Assembly (NCBI GenBank): GCA_037130495.1
Contig: JBAXSX010000003.1
Location: 13,793-77,792 of the forward strand
Reading direction: 5' to 3'
Source of the DNA: Candidatus Roizmanbacteria bacterium
GTDB lineage: Bacteria; Patescibacteriota; Microgenomatia; UBA1406; GWC2-37-13
Length of the DNA: 64,000 nt
A program made the position numbers and the translations under genes. Under the pieces are notes generated by a model. That model did no database searches and had not been told where the DNA came from. It saw only the letters and a list, made by a program, of their open reading frames with translations. Of this stretch, positions 1 to 9,202 are shown piece by piece. Numbering within the stretch: position 1 is the stretch's first letter; every line of letters starts with the position of its first letter.

Positions 1-51
1 AAATATGCCAAATGATAATGATCGAAGATACGTTTGGAGTAACAGAAGAGA

Positions 52-237
52 TCAATGATCAAGACCGGCCTTTATTTTGACCTTCTTGATAACAGTTTCC
101 TTTGGCAAATATTTTAGTAGTGCTTTCTCAACAAGTTCAGTCAAGCTCATGTCTTCAACTACTGCTTGAGCACGTGCATGGATTGCAATATCTGGATGCA
201 TGAACAATGTGACTCGCTTGGTTGTACTGGTTGTCAT
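52..237 (-). CDS. Ribbon-helix-helix (CopG/Arc-like) small DNA-binding protein, possible antitoxin
   Basis: The last 61 aa of ORF 52..327 (MTTSTTKRVTLFMHPDIAIHARAQAVVEDMSLTELVEKALLKYL) show the strand-helix-helix pattern. The first 30 aa are Cys/Thr-rich and unlikely to be coding, so the start is placed at ATG 237..235. Confidence 0.45.
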   Translation of the reverse strand: MTTSTTKRVTLFMHPDIAIHARAQAVVEDMSLTELVEKALLKYLPKETVIKKVKIKAGLDH

Positions 238-323
238 ACTACAAATAGTACAACTAGTTGTAGTACATGTCAATAGGCAATCGTAGGCATATCCAATAAC
301 AGCATATGCAGTATTGGCGACGA

Positions 324-794
324 TCACGATGTGTGTAGAAGTCTCTGATTCAGAGCTTCATCAATCAAAAACACTTGATTTTTACGGAGGAGAGGGAGGG
401 TATCTTGACTGAAAAATCCATATTCTGATACTTCGTGAGATGGAGTGAAGTCGCCTCCGATATATGCACCCGTGTAGCACATATCTATGCGAGCCGTTTC
501 ACGATCCGTGCGCGTTTTTAAAGGGTCATCTATACTCACAACCAGATTCGATTCTTCCTTGATTTCTCTTTCAATCGCTTCGCGAGGGTGTTCCCCTGCC
601 TTCATGTATCCTCCTGGCAAGCTCCATGAATGTGTGCGATAGGTATGTTTAAAAAGAAGAATTTCATTCTTTTCATTGAATATGATTCCAGTTACTCCGA
701 CGAGAAACTGATCTTGAACAAACCGCATGATGAATAACTGAAATCCCTTTGGCAGATGCAAAGCCTTCCAGATTTTTGCTAAGAATGTTTTCAC
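324..794 (-). CDS. NUDIX hydrolase
   Basis: Nudix box GGYMKAGEHPREAIEREIKEESNL (GX5EX7REUXEEXGU). The start at 794 is GTG, overlapping the upstream stop; an alternative ATG lies at 728. Confidence 0.85.
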   Translation of the reverse strand: MKTFLAKIWKALHLPKGFQLFIMRFVQDQFLVGVTGIIFNEKNEILLFKHTYRTHSWSLPGGYMKAGEHPREAIEREIKEESNLVVSIDDPLKTRTDRETARIDMCYTGAYIGGDFTPSHEVSEYGFFSQDTLPLLRKNQVFLIDEALNQRLLHTS

Positions 795-1135
795 AGTGAG
801 TTAGGATCTTCTGGTTTAACGACCGCCGGATGACGCTGTCTTTCATTTTTTAGTTCGAGCTGGTGCACTTGCTTTGTCAACTCAAGTACTTCATCCTTGC
901 CTTTTTTAATTTCACTATTTTTCCCTCGTAGCGCAAAAAAGTTTAAGATCGCAGGGAGGAGATTGGCCAAGTAAGATAGCAGTATCCCTGTCACGACGGA
1001 ACCGACAATGACATAAAAAAGAGGGATGTTCGAGATCACGTAGGGGCCGAAGTTGACCGAGACAAGTGTGAAGTTAAATTTTGAGATGTAGACCAAAGCC
1101 GATCCAACAACTAAAAGGAGAATAAGAGTGGGCAT
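791..1135 (-). CDS. Small membrane protein, LapA/DUF1049-like
   Basis: Two N-terminal TM helices followed by a charged coiled-coil tail (KGKDEVLELTKQVHQLELKNE). ATG start; 4-nt overlap with the NUDIX gene. Confidence 0.5.
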   Translation of the reverse strand: MPTLILLLVVGSALVYISKFNFTLVSVNFGPYVISNIPLFYVIVGSVVTGILLSYLANLLPAILNFFALRGKNSEIKKGKDEVLELTKQVHQLELKNERQRHPAVVKPEDPNSL

Positions 1136-1306
1136 AATGTGAACATGATTCGCTAATCACACACTATACACCCATTTTGGGTCTTTACTAGACGACCTAT
1201 TCATCTTTCGTTATCTGTACTCAGGAGCAAGAACGATACTAAAGTCTATGTCACCAAAGTATGTGGTCGTAATATTTCAGTGAATCTGTTACCATAATGT
1301 TCATCG

Positions 1307-2035
1307 ATGCGTTATACCCACTCGCTCCACACCGTCCATCACCGACGACACAGGCTCAAGATCTCGGCGATCCTATCGATCATATTGACGATCATGATCG
1401 TAGGTATGGGATATTCCACATTGGATGCCCACGCATTTGTCACTGGTTTTCTCATCAGTCTTTTTCGTATCACTGCGAGCTATTTCATATCACTGATCAT
1501 CGCGGTCATAATCACCCTGTGGGTCACGAGCAATAAACGTGTTGAGGATGCCATGGTCCCAATACTTGACGTGCTCCAGAGCTTTCCCTCCTTTGCACTT
1601 TTCCCCATATTGACACAAGTATTCGGAAGATCTGAAGTCGTTACTATCATGATATTAGTCGTGACCATGGTCTGGCCGCTCATCTTCACCATACTTACCA
1701 GTCAAAAACAAATCAATCATGAGATATTCGAGGCAGCTGAAGTATTTGGTGCGCGAGGATGGAGGAGGATATGGTACGTGCTATTACCTCTCCTTACCCC
1801 ATCGATTGTCACTGGATCCATCATCGCCTGGGGTGAGGCATGGGAGGCAGTTGTCGCTGTTGAGATCATTGTAGGTGGTATGGGACTAGGTACATATCTC
1901 AATGCAGCAGGCGAAGCACATCAAACTCGTATAGTCCTGGTTGGAGTGCTTCTCTTGCTTATGCTTCTATTTCTTATCAACAAGTATGTGTGGCTGAATC
2001 TATTGAGTGCGAGTGTGAAGTCAACGGAGGAATAA
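1307..2035 (+). CDS. ABC transporter permease (SsuC/TauC-like BPD family)
   Basis: Polytopic membrane protein with an EAA-type loop, EAAEVFGARGWRRIWYVLLPLLTP. Followed 8 nt later by the ATPase gene. Confidence 0.85.
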   Translation: MRYTHSLHTVHHRRHRLKISAILSIILTIMIVGMGYSTLDAHAFVTGFLISLFRITASYFISLIIAVIITLWVTSNKRVEDAMVPILDVLQSFPSFALFPILTQVFGRSEVVTIMILVVTMVWPLIFTILTSQKQINHEIFEAAEVFGARGWRRIWYVLLPLLTPSIVTGSIIAWGEAWEAVVAVEIIVGGMGLGTYLNAAGEAHQTRIVLVGVLLLLMLLFLINKYVWLNLLSASVKSTEE

Positions 2036-2042
2036 AACTCAT

Positions 2043-2756
2043 ATGTTACATATCAAAAATATTACCAAGACATACAAAACTGATCTCGGTCGCACGACCG
2101 CGCTGCACGATGTGAGCCTTTCAGTGTACCCGGGCGAGCTGGTTGCTCTCATTGGGCCATCAGGATGCGGCAAATCAACTCTACTTCGGATCATCGCTGG
2201 ACTCGACTCTGACTATCGAGGTACTGTCGACATGGCATATAAACGCACGAGTTTTGTGTTTCAACACTTTGCGCTGATGCCACATATGACTGTCTACGAA
2301 AATGTTGCATTCGGACTGAAGATGCAAGGGAAAAAAGAAAAGGCATATACGCAAATGATCAATAGCCTTCTGCACGAAGTAGGTCTACAAGATCATGGTC
2401 ATGAATTTCCTCGGAATCTTTCAGGGGGGATGCGCCAACGAGTCGGTATCGCACGAGCCCTCGCAATGGATCCCGATCTGCTCCTCATGGATGAGCCATT
2501 TTCTGCTCTCGATGAGTTCACTGCAGACAAGCTGCGGGAGCTCCTTTTGCAGATATGGGAAAAGCGGAAGATTACCGTAGTGCTCGTTACGCATCTGGTG
2601 AGAGAAGCGCTCAAGCTGGCTGATCGTATCGTGGTGATGACTCCTTCACCAGGGAAAATCGAGAAGATACTCGCAAATACGTTGAAGCGTCCTCGTAATC
2701 TCAGATCTGCAGAGTTCTACCGATGGGAGGATGAGCTCATGGAGCTCATCCATTAA
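2043..2756 (+). CDS. ABC transporter ATP-binding protein (SsuB/TauB-like)
   Basis: Walker A GPSGCGKST, signature LSGGMRQRV, Walker B LLLMDEPFSALD, H-loop VTH. Confidence 0.92.
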   Translation: MLHIKNITKTYKTDLGRTTALHDVSLSVYPGELVALIGPSGCGKSTLLRIIAGLDSDYRGTVDMAYKRTSFVFQHFALMPHMTVYENVAFGLKMQGKKEKAYTQMINSLLHEVGLQDHGHEFPRNLSGGMRQRVGIARALAMDPDLLLMDEPFSALDEFTADKLRELLLQIWEKRKITVVLVTHLVREALKLADRIVVMTPSPGKIEKILANTLKRPRNLRSAEFYRWEDELMELIH

Positions 2757-2862
2757 TGACTTAATAGGGTACATATTCGACATGAATACCTTCAGATACT
2801 CTTCAGCAGTATATGCGCTTTCGTAGGGTATGATTATCACTTCATTATCATTTTATTTTCAC

Positions 2863-3348
2863 ATGAAAAATAAAAACCTCGTAGTTGGATTCGTCCTTTT
2901 CGTTTTAATAGTCGGTATCGGGTGGATGATGATCCGTCGACCAGGATCGCGTCAAGGTCTATCAAAAAATACCGAAACAGCTGAAGTCATGGAGGAAATC
3001 CCGCAAAAAACTACAATCAAGATGCAGAAAGTTCCGCCGGTCACTGCTGAAGTTGCCGATGATGCATCGTCATCAGTCAAAACAATCGCAATGGAAGCAG
3101 GAAGCTTTTACTTTATGCCAAATATAATCACGGTGAAAGAAGGGACAACAGTCAAAATCACATTCTCAAGCGTCAGCATGATGCACAATTTTTATTTAGA
3201 TGAGTTTGCCGTGAAGGGTCCAACAGTCAAATCTGGCAACACAGAAACATTTGAGTTCATTGCCAGCAAGAAAGGGACCTATGAATATTATTGTGCGATC
3301 GGAGCACATAGAGCGAATGGACAAGTTGGGACACTCATTGTTGAGTGA
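2863..3348 (+). CDS. Membrane-anchored cupredoxin-domain protein
   Basis: N-terminal TM helix plus a C-terminal YEYYCAIGAHRANGQVGTLIVE (Cys-x4-His copper-site pattern) and an upstream His in SMMHNF. Start moved to ATG 2863. Confidence 0.65.
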   Translation: MKNKNLVVGFVLFVLIVGIGWMMIRRPGSRQGLSKNTETAEVMEEIPQKTTIKMQKVPPVTAEVADDASSSVKTIAMEAGSFYFMPNIITVKEGTTVKITFSSVSMMHNFYLDEFAVKGPTVKSGNTETFEFIASKKGTYEYYCAIGAHRANGQVGTLIVE

Positions 3349-3354
3349 TATCAC

Positions 3355-3927
3355 CTAGCTCTTTTCGTGTAGGAAATCAGCAAACTGACCAAGTCTTTTT
3401 TCCTCTTCGAGAACGTTCATGAGTGACGAAAGGGGTATTTTATTCCCTCGCACAATCTCAAAGGCAATCTCTGGAACAACCATCGAGACCTTGATACCTT
3501 GCTCTGCGAGGCCATGCACCAAAGTTTCATAGACTCTTTTATTCGCAGCAACAAGCAAATGACCTCCATTTGATCTCAATGGTACATATTTTGTTGAGAC
3601 GTCAGTGGGGGAGAAAGGAAGTGTTTGAAGGAATGTATTTTTAAGACGTATTTCCTCCTCAGCGTTTGATGGGAAGACGCTCATTTCGAAAGTAATTTTG
3701 GTCGAGAGTACCAGAGTCAGCGGACCTTTCATATCATGCGCACTCACAAAAGTGGCGAGGACACTTTTCAATAAGTCAGGATCAACGACTTCGAGATGGT
3801 GTATGGCTTGGGTGGGGATGGCGACCTGAGGAGGTTGCTCGTGATTATCGCTACTACATATACTGAGTGATTGTCTATCGACGTAGATCAATGTTTTTTT
3901 TGATGATAAAGCGTCAAGTAGTGACAT
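3355..3927 (-). CDS. Hypothetical protein, PilM N-terminal-half-like
   Basis: Last gene of the pilus array. The segment EEEIRLKNTFLQTLPFSPTDVSTKYVPLRSNGGHLLVAANKRVYETLVHGLAEQGIKVSMVVPEIAFEI resembles the PilM pattern, but the protein is only ~190 aa. ATG at 3927 (3957 is TTG). Confidence 0.35.
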   Translation of the reverse strand: MSLLDALSSKKTLIYVDRQSLSICSSDNHEQPPQVAIPTQAIHHLEVVDPDLLKSVLATFVSAHDMKGPLTLVLSTKITFEMSVFPSNAEEEIRLKNTFLQTLPFSPTDVSTKYVPLRSNGGHLLVAANKRVYETLVHGLAEQGIKVSMVVPEIAFEIVRGNKIPLSSLMNVLEEEKRLGQFADFLHEKS

Positions 3928-3969
3928 TGGATCAGTATAGTATATAACGCCCCCCAAAGGGGCCGAAGA

Positions 3970-4461
3970 TCATCTGGATGCTGAAATATTAGTTGTACCT
4001 TCGGTGCCACATGCCCTAACTGTGATGATGTTATTTGCATCAACGATGACAGAATATCCAGTCTTGGCACTTGTATATGTCGTATCACCAATGGGGTCAA
4101 TAGGGATAGACTTTAAATATTTTACCAATGGTGTGGAAAGATTCACACATGCCGTTGCGACAACAGTGCATCCTCCCGTTGAGATGGCGCAACCAGACCC
4201 ACCTGTGCCGAGTTGTGTCTCAGACATTCCTGTTGTGAGTCCCGTTGGCAGTGAGCCCTTGTTATCGACGATGTACTGATGAATAGAAGTGAGGATAGTA
4301 TCGACGTCGGCAGTTCTATTGGAGTCTTTTGCCTCACGCATTCGCTTTCCTGGATCGAGGGCGGTATATACCACAGTAGAGAGTATGCCAAGTAGCGCGA
4401 TTACGAGAAGCACCTCGATCAACGTGAAACCAGACGACTTGTCTCTTTGGGTATATATCAT
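3970..4461 (-). CDS. Type IV pilin-like protein (prepilin N-terminal methylation motif)
   Basis: N-terminus [24 protein letters not shown]: G|FTLIE with Glu+5 and a hydrophobic helix. Confidence 0.8.
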   Translation of the reverse strand: MIYTQRDKSSGFTLIEVLLVIALLGILSTVVYTALDPGKRMREAKDSNRTADVDTILTSIHQYIVDNKGSLPTGLTTGMSETQLGTGGSGCAISTGGCTVVATACVNLSTPLVKYLKSIPIDPIGDTTYTSAKTGYSVIVDANNIITVRACGTEGTTNISASR

Positions 4462-4509
4462 ATCTCTGATTAAGACTACTTATAAATGATTTGCTTGTCA
4501 AGTCGGCCA

Positions 4510-4989
4510 TCACAGTGATAAAGATAATTCACTTGTTCCTTCTGAACCACACGCTTTCACGGTTACCACATCAGATACTATTTTCACCGAATAATTTGTT
4601 TTTGCATTGCTTCCTGTTTTGAGATCTTTCGGAAAGACAGTCAGATACTTTGCCAATGTTGTGGACAAGTCCAAGCAGGCATTTTCTAGAACATCACACC
4701 CTCTGTTTAGATTTACACAACCAGAAACCGAGTATCCGATCTGTTTCTCTGCTGGACTGAGTCCTGGTGGTATAGCCCCATTGTTTTCAATCGCGTACTC
4801 ATGAATGGCACTGAGAATCGTTTTGAGATCTGCCATCCGAGCAACATCATCTGCCTGAGCAAAACGACGGGGTATATCAATTGCGATTATGAGAAGGCTA
4901 GATAAAATAGCTAATATACTAAAAACGACAAGTAATTCAAACAGTGTGAAACCGCGCTGTTTACCGCGGGTATTTATATCTCCTTCCAT
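4510..4989 (-). CDS. Type IV pilin-like protein
   Basis: N-terminus QRGFTLFELLVVFSILAILSSLL. The C-terminal half resembles 3970..4461 (paralog). Confidence 0.8.
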   Translation of the reverse strand: MEGDINTRGKQRGFTLFELLVVFSILAILSSLLIIAIDIPRRFAQADDVARMADLKTILSAIHEYAIENNGAIPPGLSPAEKQIGYSVSGCVNLNRGCDVLENACLDLSTTLAKYLTVFPKDLKTGSNAKTNYSVKIVSDVVTVKACGSEGTSELSLSL

Positions 4990-5360
4990 GATGTGATAAT
5001 AATATTGGATCCTCGCGTTGCTATTGTTTGAATAGTTCTTTTGTATAGTGTTGTAATACCAGTTGCTGTGACGGTATATACATTAACAGCTTGCGAGACA
5101 GTAATCGTGCATGTTCCCTCAGGTCGAGTTATCGAACCTCCAGAGTATCCTGCATTTGCTTTGATTTTCAGCAATGCATCTTCCATACATCCTTCAACAA
5201 AAGTTAGTTGCTCTTCTCCTTTGTACGTTGCGAGGGCTGATTGCCCCTGGCCTATAGAGAGATATATCACTGTTATGGTGATTGATAAAACGACGACCGA
5301 TACGATCAGCACACTGGTAAGTGCGATAAAGCCTTTTTGAAAATTTGAGTATACTTTCAT
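4974..5360 (-). CDS. Minor pilin-like protein (PilX-like, no Glu+5)
   Basis: N-terminus QKGFIALTSVLIVSVVVLSITITV, a hydrophobic pilin-type helix lacking the Glu at +5. Embedded in the pilin array. Confidence 0.5.
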   Translation of the reverse strand: MKVYSNFQKGFIALTSVLIVSVVVLSITITVIYLSIGQGQSALATYKGEEQLTFVEGCMEDALLKIKANAGYSGGSITRPEGTCTITVSQAVNVYTVTATGITTLYKRTIQTIATRGSNIIITSWKEI

Positions 5361-5386
5361 GATTGTTGTTTGTAATATCTGACTTA

Positions 5387-5881
5387 TCAGTTACTCCTCA
5401 ATTCGGCATCGCCTCTGATCGATGTCGACTCAACGTACTCTTGAGCGACTGTATTGTAATTGCTATCTAGAGTGAAACTAAATTGGATATTTTTTGTTTT
5501 ATTATCTAGGGATGAATAGTTGGTGAATGTCAGACTAGACACATTCGTATCGGTCGAATTTATGTTAATTGCAGCAGATGCCCCGTATTTGACCCTAATT
5601 TTACCGCCCGACAAATCGATCACAGTAGGATTTTGGGCACCATTAGTACTTGCGAGGGAAATACTGTTAGAGGCAACAGAGTTGACTCCAGAAGCATTCC
5701 TGATTTCGTATTTAATACGTTCAGAGGCATATCGTGCTGCAGAAAAAACTTCTTGTTCGGTTGCCGATTTGGCACCGGATCCAATGATACGCCACGCGAA
5801 AAGCACGAGAGCCCCCATGACAGTTGTGACAATAGCGAGGTACAAGACAAGCTCGATGAATGTAAAACCTTTGTGTTTCAT
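5387..5881 (-). CDS. Type IV pilin-like protein
   Basis: N-terminus HKGFTFIELVLYLAIVTTVMGAL. Confidence 0.8.
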   Translation of the reverse strand: MKHKGFTFIELVLYLAIVTTVMGALVLFAWRIIGSGAKSATEQEVFSAARYASERIKYEIRNASGVNSVASNSISLASTNGAQNPTVIDLSGGKIRVKYGASAAININSTDTNVSSLTFTNYSSLDNKTKNIQFSFTLDSNYNTVAQEYVESTSIRGDAELRSN

Positions 5882-5882
5882 A

Positions 5883-7682
5883 TTAGTTTCTCCAATAAGC
5901 GAAAGAAAATGGACTATTGATTGATTGGGGCAAAGTCACCTCAAGGGCCGTGACATCCGAATTCGTCCAGGTGAATACTGGCGTAGCCGTCATCACCAAT
6001 CTTTTTCCGAACAAGTCATTGGAGCCATCAGATACATTAAACATCATCTGATCAGTATTTAAGGGGTTCATCTGGAGACTGTAGTAGCCGTTTGGATTAT
6101 TTGGTTGAGGGGCGGCGGCGGCATCTGCTTGCTTTGTAAACGTGGCGCCATTTCCGACAAACCAGTCTATATTGTTGGACCCCTGGTCAGCATATACCAC
6201 GATTGAGCGTGTAGTCCCTCCCGAGATGAGCCATCCAGTAGATACTAGATGTGATCCAGCAACTGGAGAGTTGCTGGATGTGTCAGCGCTCGCCGTATCT
6301 GTCCATGTTGAGCCGCTCCAATATCCAATCTGCAAATCATTCTGTCCTCTTCCAATAGAAGCGAAAACTATCTCATCGGTATTTGGATTGGCAGAAATAT
6401 CGAGATTAGTTGCATCGTCGACAAATGTTGGAGGTGTGATGACGATGCCCCATGTGCATACTGCTGTTCCGCCAGTACATGTCCGATATCTCACCCCATT
6501 TGTTCCTGGTCCAACTGATGTTCCCCATACAAACATAACATCTCCTGACAATGATTCATACTCAACATCAAAAGCTTCGGAGTCAGATTGCGCGCCGGAT
6601 ATAACATCTACATTTGTTTCTGAGGCAGCACCTGGTTCATTTGCCCATGATGTGCCGTTCCATACGGCAGTCGACAAGTCGCGAGCATTGTCAGCCCATA
6701 TTGCGGTTATTAAGTTGGATGATGACCTGCGGTCCCATGCCATCTTTATCCACTGTACTATTCCAGATGTTCGTAGGGGAGTTATGTTCGTGGCAGCGCT
6801 CCAATTCGCGGCACCGCAGCCACTACTTGAGGATTTAGTACGAAATGCCATTTCGTTTGAACCTGATGCATTGGTGCTATATAAAACAATTGCTTTGCCC
6901 GAGCTAGTTTCATATGCGATGTCGAATCTTCTCGTATTTGCATTTCCGCCTACACTCGCACTCCATTCAGTACTCCAGTTCGTTCCATCATAACAAAGTA
7001 TGTTTAGGGTGCCAGTACTTGTGGCATATCCTGCAATAGCCTCTGTTTTGGTTGGTGAAGTTCTTAGTATGTAGCTTGCTCCACTGGAGCCACTGGGCGC
7101 AGAACTTTCTGCACTATACGCATTGGTTGTGGTATTGAATGCTCTATATTTCGGGATGATGCTCCCATCACCATATATCACGAGTGCATTTCCCAATAGA
7201 GAAGCGGCCGATCGATAGTCAGTGAGATATGTGCCAAAAACAACAGTTTCAGGAAGAGGAGAGCTAGAGTTCCATGAAACAGTTGAGATTACCTTTTTTG
7301 AAGAGGGATCAACTGAGCCACCGCTCGAGACAATATTCCCACTTCCATCACGCTGAACATCTCCAACCGTCAAAACTCTTGTGTATTTGTTGCTGGGTCC
7401 ATATTGATTATTTGCGCCAGAAAATGTCCATACGCCACTCGATTGAGCAGCTCCTGTCCCAGCAGTATTCACTAGATTTGAATACCCCTGATTACGTATT
7501 GACCGCATTGCCTCTACACCCTCAGAAGCGAACTGAGTCGCGATAGTCAACTCTTCTGCACGTCGATTAGATCCAAACCCACCAATCACAGCTTGAGCTA
7601 TTCCGGTAGCAAAAAGGATGAAGACAGCAGAAGCGATGACAATCTCAATCACTGATATGCCCTCGCTGTTATGAATTCTCAT
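5883..7682 (-). CDS. Large (599 aa) pilin-like protein, putative tip/adhesin subunit
   Basis: N-terminus SEGISVIEIVIASAVFILFATGIA (G|ISVIE, Glu+5), followed by a long Ser/Thr/Gly/Trp-rich, beta-type region. ATGA overlap with the upstream pseudopilin gene. Confidence 0.65.
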   Translation of the reverse strand: MRIHNSEGISVIEIVIASAVFILFATGIAQAVIGGFGSNRRAEELTIATQFASEGVEAMRSIRNQGYSNLVNTAGTGAAQSSGVWTFSGANNQYGPSNKYTRVLTVGDVQRDGSGNIVSSGGSVDPSSKKVISTVSWNSSSPLPETVVFGTYLTDYRSAASLLGNALVIYGDGSIIPKYRAFNTTTNAYSAESSAPSGSSGASYILRTSPTKTEAIAGYATSTGTLNILCYDGTNWSTEWSASVGGNANTRRFDIAYETSSGKAIVLYSTNASGSNEMAFRTKSSSSGCGAANWSAATNITPLRTSGIVQWIKMAWDRRSSSNLITAIWADNARDLSTAVWNGTSWANEPGAASETNVDVISGAQSDSEAFDVEYESLSGDVMFVWGTSVGPGTNGVRYRTCTGGTAVCTWGIVITPPTFVDDATNLDISANPNTDEIVFASIGRGQNDLQIGYWSGSTWTDTASADTSSNSPVAGSHLVSTGWLISGGTTRSIVVYADQGSNNIDWFVGNGATFTKQADAAAAPQPNNPNGYYSLQMNPLNTDQMMFNVSDGSNDLFGKRLVMTATPVFTWTNSDVTALEVTLPQSINSPFSFAYWRN

Positions 7683-8122
7683 CTGTTTATGACTCCTTGA
7701 GAATTGATGACAAGTACTTTATCGTTTCCACCTCCGGATATGTTTATTGTTGGTGCACTATCAGGCAAACCAGTCGCTTTCGCGAAAGTAACAGTCGTTA
7801 GACCGGTTACGAGTACTGGCGGATCAACCGGAAAAGTCTCATCAAATGCGCTCGATGATGACGAAAAGAGTGTGAGGCTTGTTCCAACCAACTTAACTCC
7901 CCAACTCGAGTTGTTCTTGCCCATCATGGCGTACATTTGGGCCTTGTGCATCTGCTCGGTGATTTGATCAGAAATATTCGAGACAGCATTTTGATTGATG
8001 AATCGAGAATAAAATACCCCCGATATAGAACCGATTATTAAGACGATGGACATCGTCAAAATCAGCTCAATGAGCGTGAATCCTGATCGAAAGTTTCTTG
8101 AAGAGTATGAAGTATGGACCAT
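7679..8122 (-). CDS. GspH/FimT-like pseudopilin
   Basis: N-terminus RSGFTLIELILTMSIVLIIGSI; 147 aa; 1 nt after pilC. Confidence 0.75.
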   Translation of the reverse strand: MVHTSYSSRNFRSGFTLIELILTMSIVLIIGSISGVFYSRFINQNAVSNISDQITEQMHKAQMYAMMGKNNSSWGVKLVGTSLTLFSSSSSAFDETFPVDPPVLVTGLTTVTFAKATGLPDSAPTINISGGGNDKVLVINSQGVINR

Positions 8123-8123
8123 A

Positions 8124-9200
8124 CTACCGCTTTATGCTTCCGGTAAATTGGTAGATAGGGGATATGATAGCTATTGCCAAAAATGCTACGATCAGCCCTA
8201 CTACAAGCAATAGAATAGGTTCGAAAATAGTAGTAAGGTTTTTGGTCGTATTATCAACCTCATCTTCAAAGAAATCACCCAAATATGTAAAGGAATCGTT
8301 CAACTTTCCCGTTTTTTCTCCAACACTGATCATGCTGATGGCAATTGCTGGAAAATAGGCAAAATGATTACCATCAAGTACTTGAGTGATAGATTCTCCC
8401 TTTTCTACACCATCCAGGATGATAGATATTATTTTCCTATACTCGAGATTTGTTGTAGTTTCTATCTGTGTTGAGAGAGCTTGTGATATAGGCAGGCCAC
8501 TCGACAACATAATCCCCATGTTGCGACAAAATTGGCTCAACTCGACACTCTGGATAAAAAGACCGATATACGGGAGAGAAAGGGTGAATCTTTCCCATAC
8601 ATTTTTAATCCGGGGAATACCAACCAAATACTGAGCTAGGAGATAGAGAGCAAATATTCCTGTCATGATATAGATGCCAAAATCTTTCATGGTTTGTGCG
8701 AAGAAAAGTAAAATACGAGTAGAAAGCGGTATAACCACATCAAGAGACTTAAAAAGGGTGATGAGTCGTGGAAGTATAAATAGACTCGTTCCTCCGCCAA
8801 CGATCACGGCGGTAGCGATAACTATAGATGGATAGAGTGAAGCGCTGAAGACTTTCTTTTTAAAATCAGCGTCTTTTTTCAGGTGCACAGCAAGATATTC
8901 AAGGTTTTTTTCTAGATTTCCTGTTTCTTCTCCTACCTTGATCATATAGAGATAGAAGCTGTCGAAAACATCAGGGAAGCGAGCTAATGATCGCTCGAGA
9001 CGCTGACCATTCAGGACACTGTCGCTCAGAGAAGTTAGGATGCGCTTTAGATATGGACTCGACGTTTGTGCCTCAAGGGATGAAATCGCCTCGCTGATAG
9101 ATATGCCACTTTTCAACATCACCGAGAGGTGTTTGGTGAAAAAAACCTTATCTTGGAGACTTATAGTCCTCACGATGCCAAAAGATGTTGAGAGGTTCAT
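8124..9200 (-). CDS. pilC: Type IV pilus platform protein PilC (GspF family)
   Basis: 358-aa polytopic protein with a duplicated GspF-type cytoplasmic domain and 3 TM segments. Immediately downstream of pilB (2-nt gap). Confidence 0.9.
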   Translation of the reverse strand: MNLSTSFGIVRTISLQDKVFFTKHLSVMLKSGISISEAISSLEAQTSSPYLKRILTSLSDSVLNGQRLERSLARFPDVFDSFYLYMIKVGEETGNLEKNLEYLAVHLKKDADFKKKVFSASLYPSIVIATAVIVGGGTSLFILPRLITLFKSLDVVIPLSTRILLFFAQTMKDFGIYIMTGIFALYLLAQYLVGIPRIKNVWERFTLSLPYIGLFIQSVELSQFCRNMGIMLSSGLPISQALSTQIETTTNLEYRKIISIILDGVEKGESITQVLDGNHFAYFPAIAISMISVGEKTGKLNDSFTYLGDFFEDEVDNTTKNLTTIFEPILLLVVGLIVAFLAIAIISPIYQFTGSIKR

Positions 9201-9202
9201 AT

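Noticed and set aside
1-55. A toxin gene (PIN/RelE-type) downstream of the RHH protein at the window edge.
   Set aside because: Only ~50 nt are available. No frame gives a recognisable toxin N-terminus.
6142-6993. Long antisense ORFs inside large genes. Examples: 6142..6993 (283 aa) opposite the 599-aa pilin; 45675..46271, 46680..47231 and 47257..47790 opposite comM and the pilin-like gene; 19016..19492 opposite trpB.
   Set aside because: They overlap strongly supported genes on the other strand. They have no recognisable motifs and show skewed, low-complexity composition.
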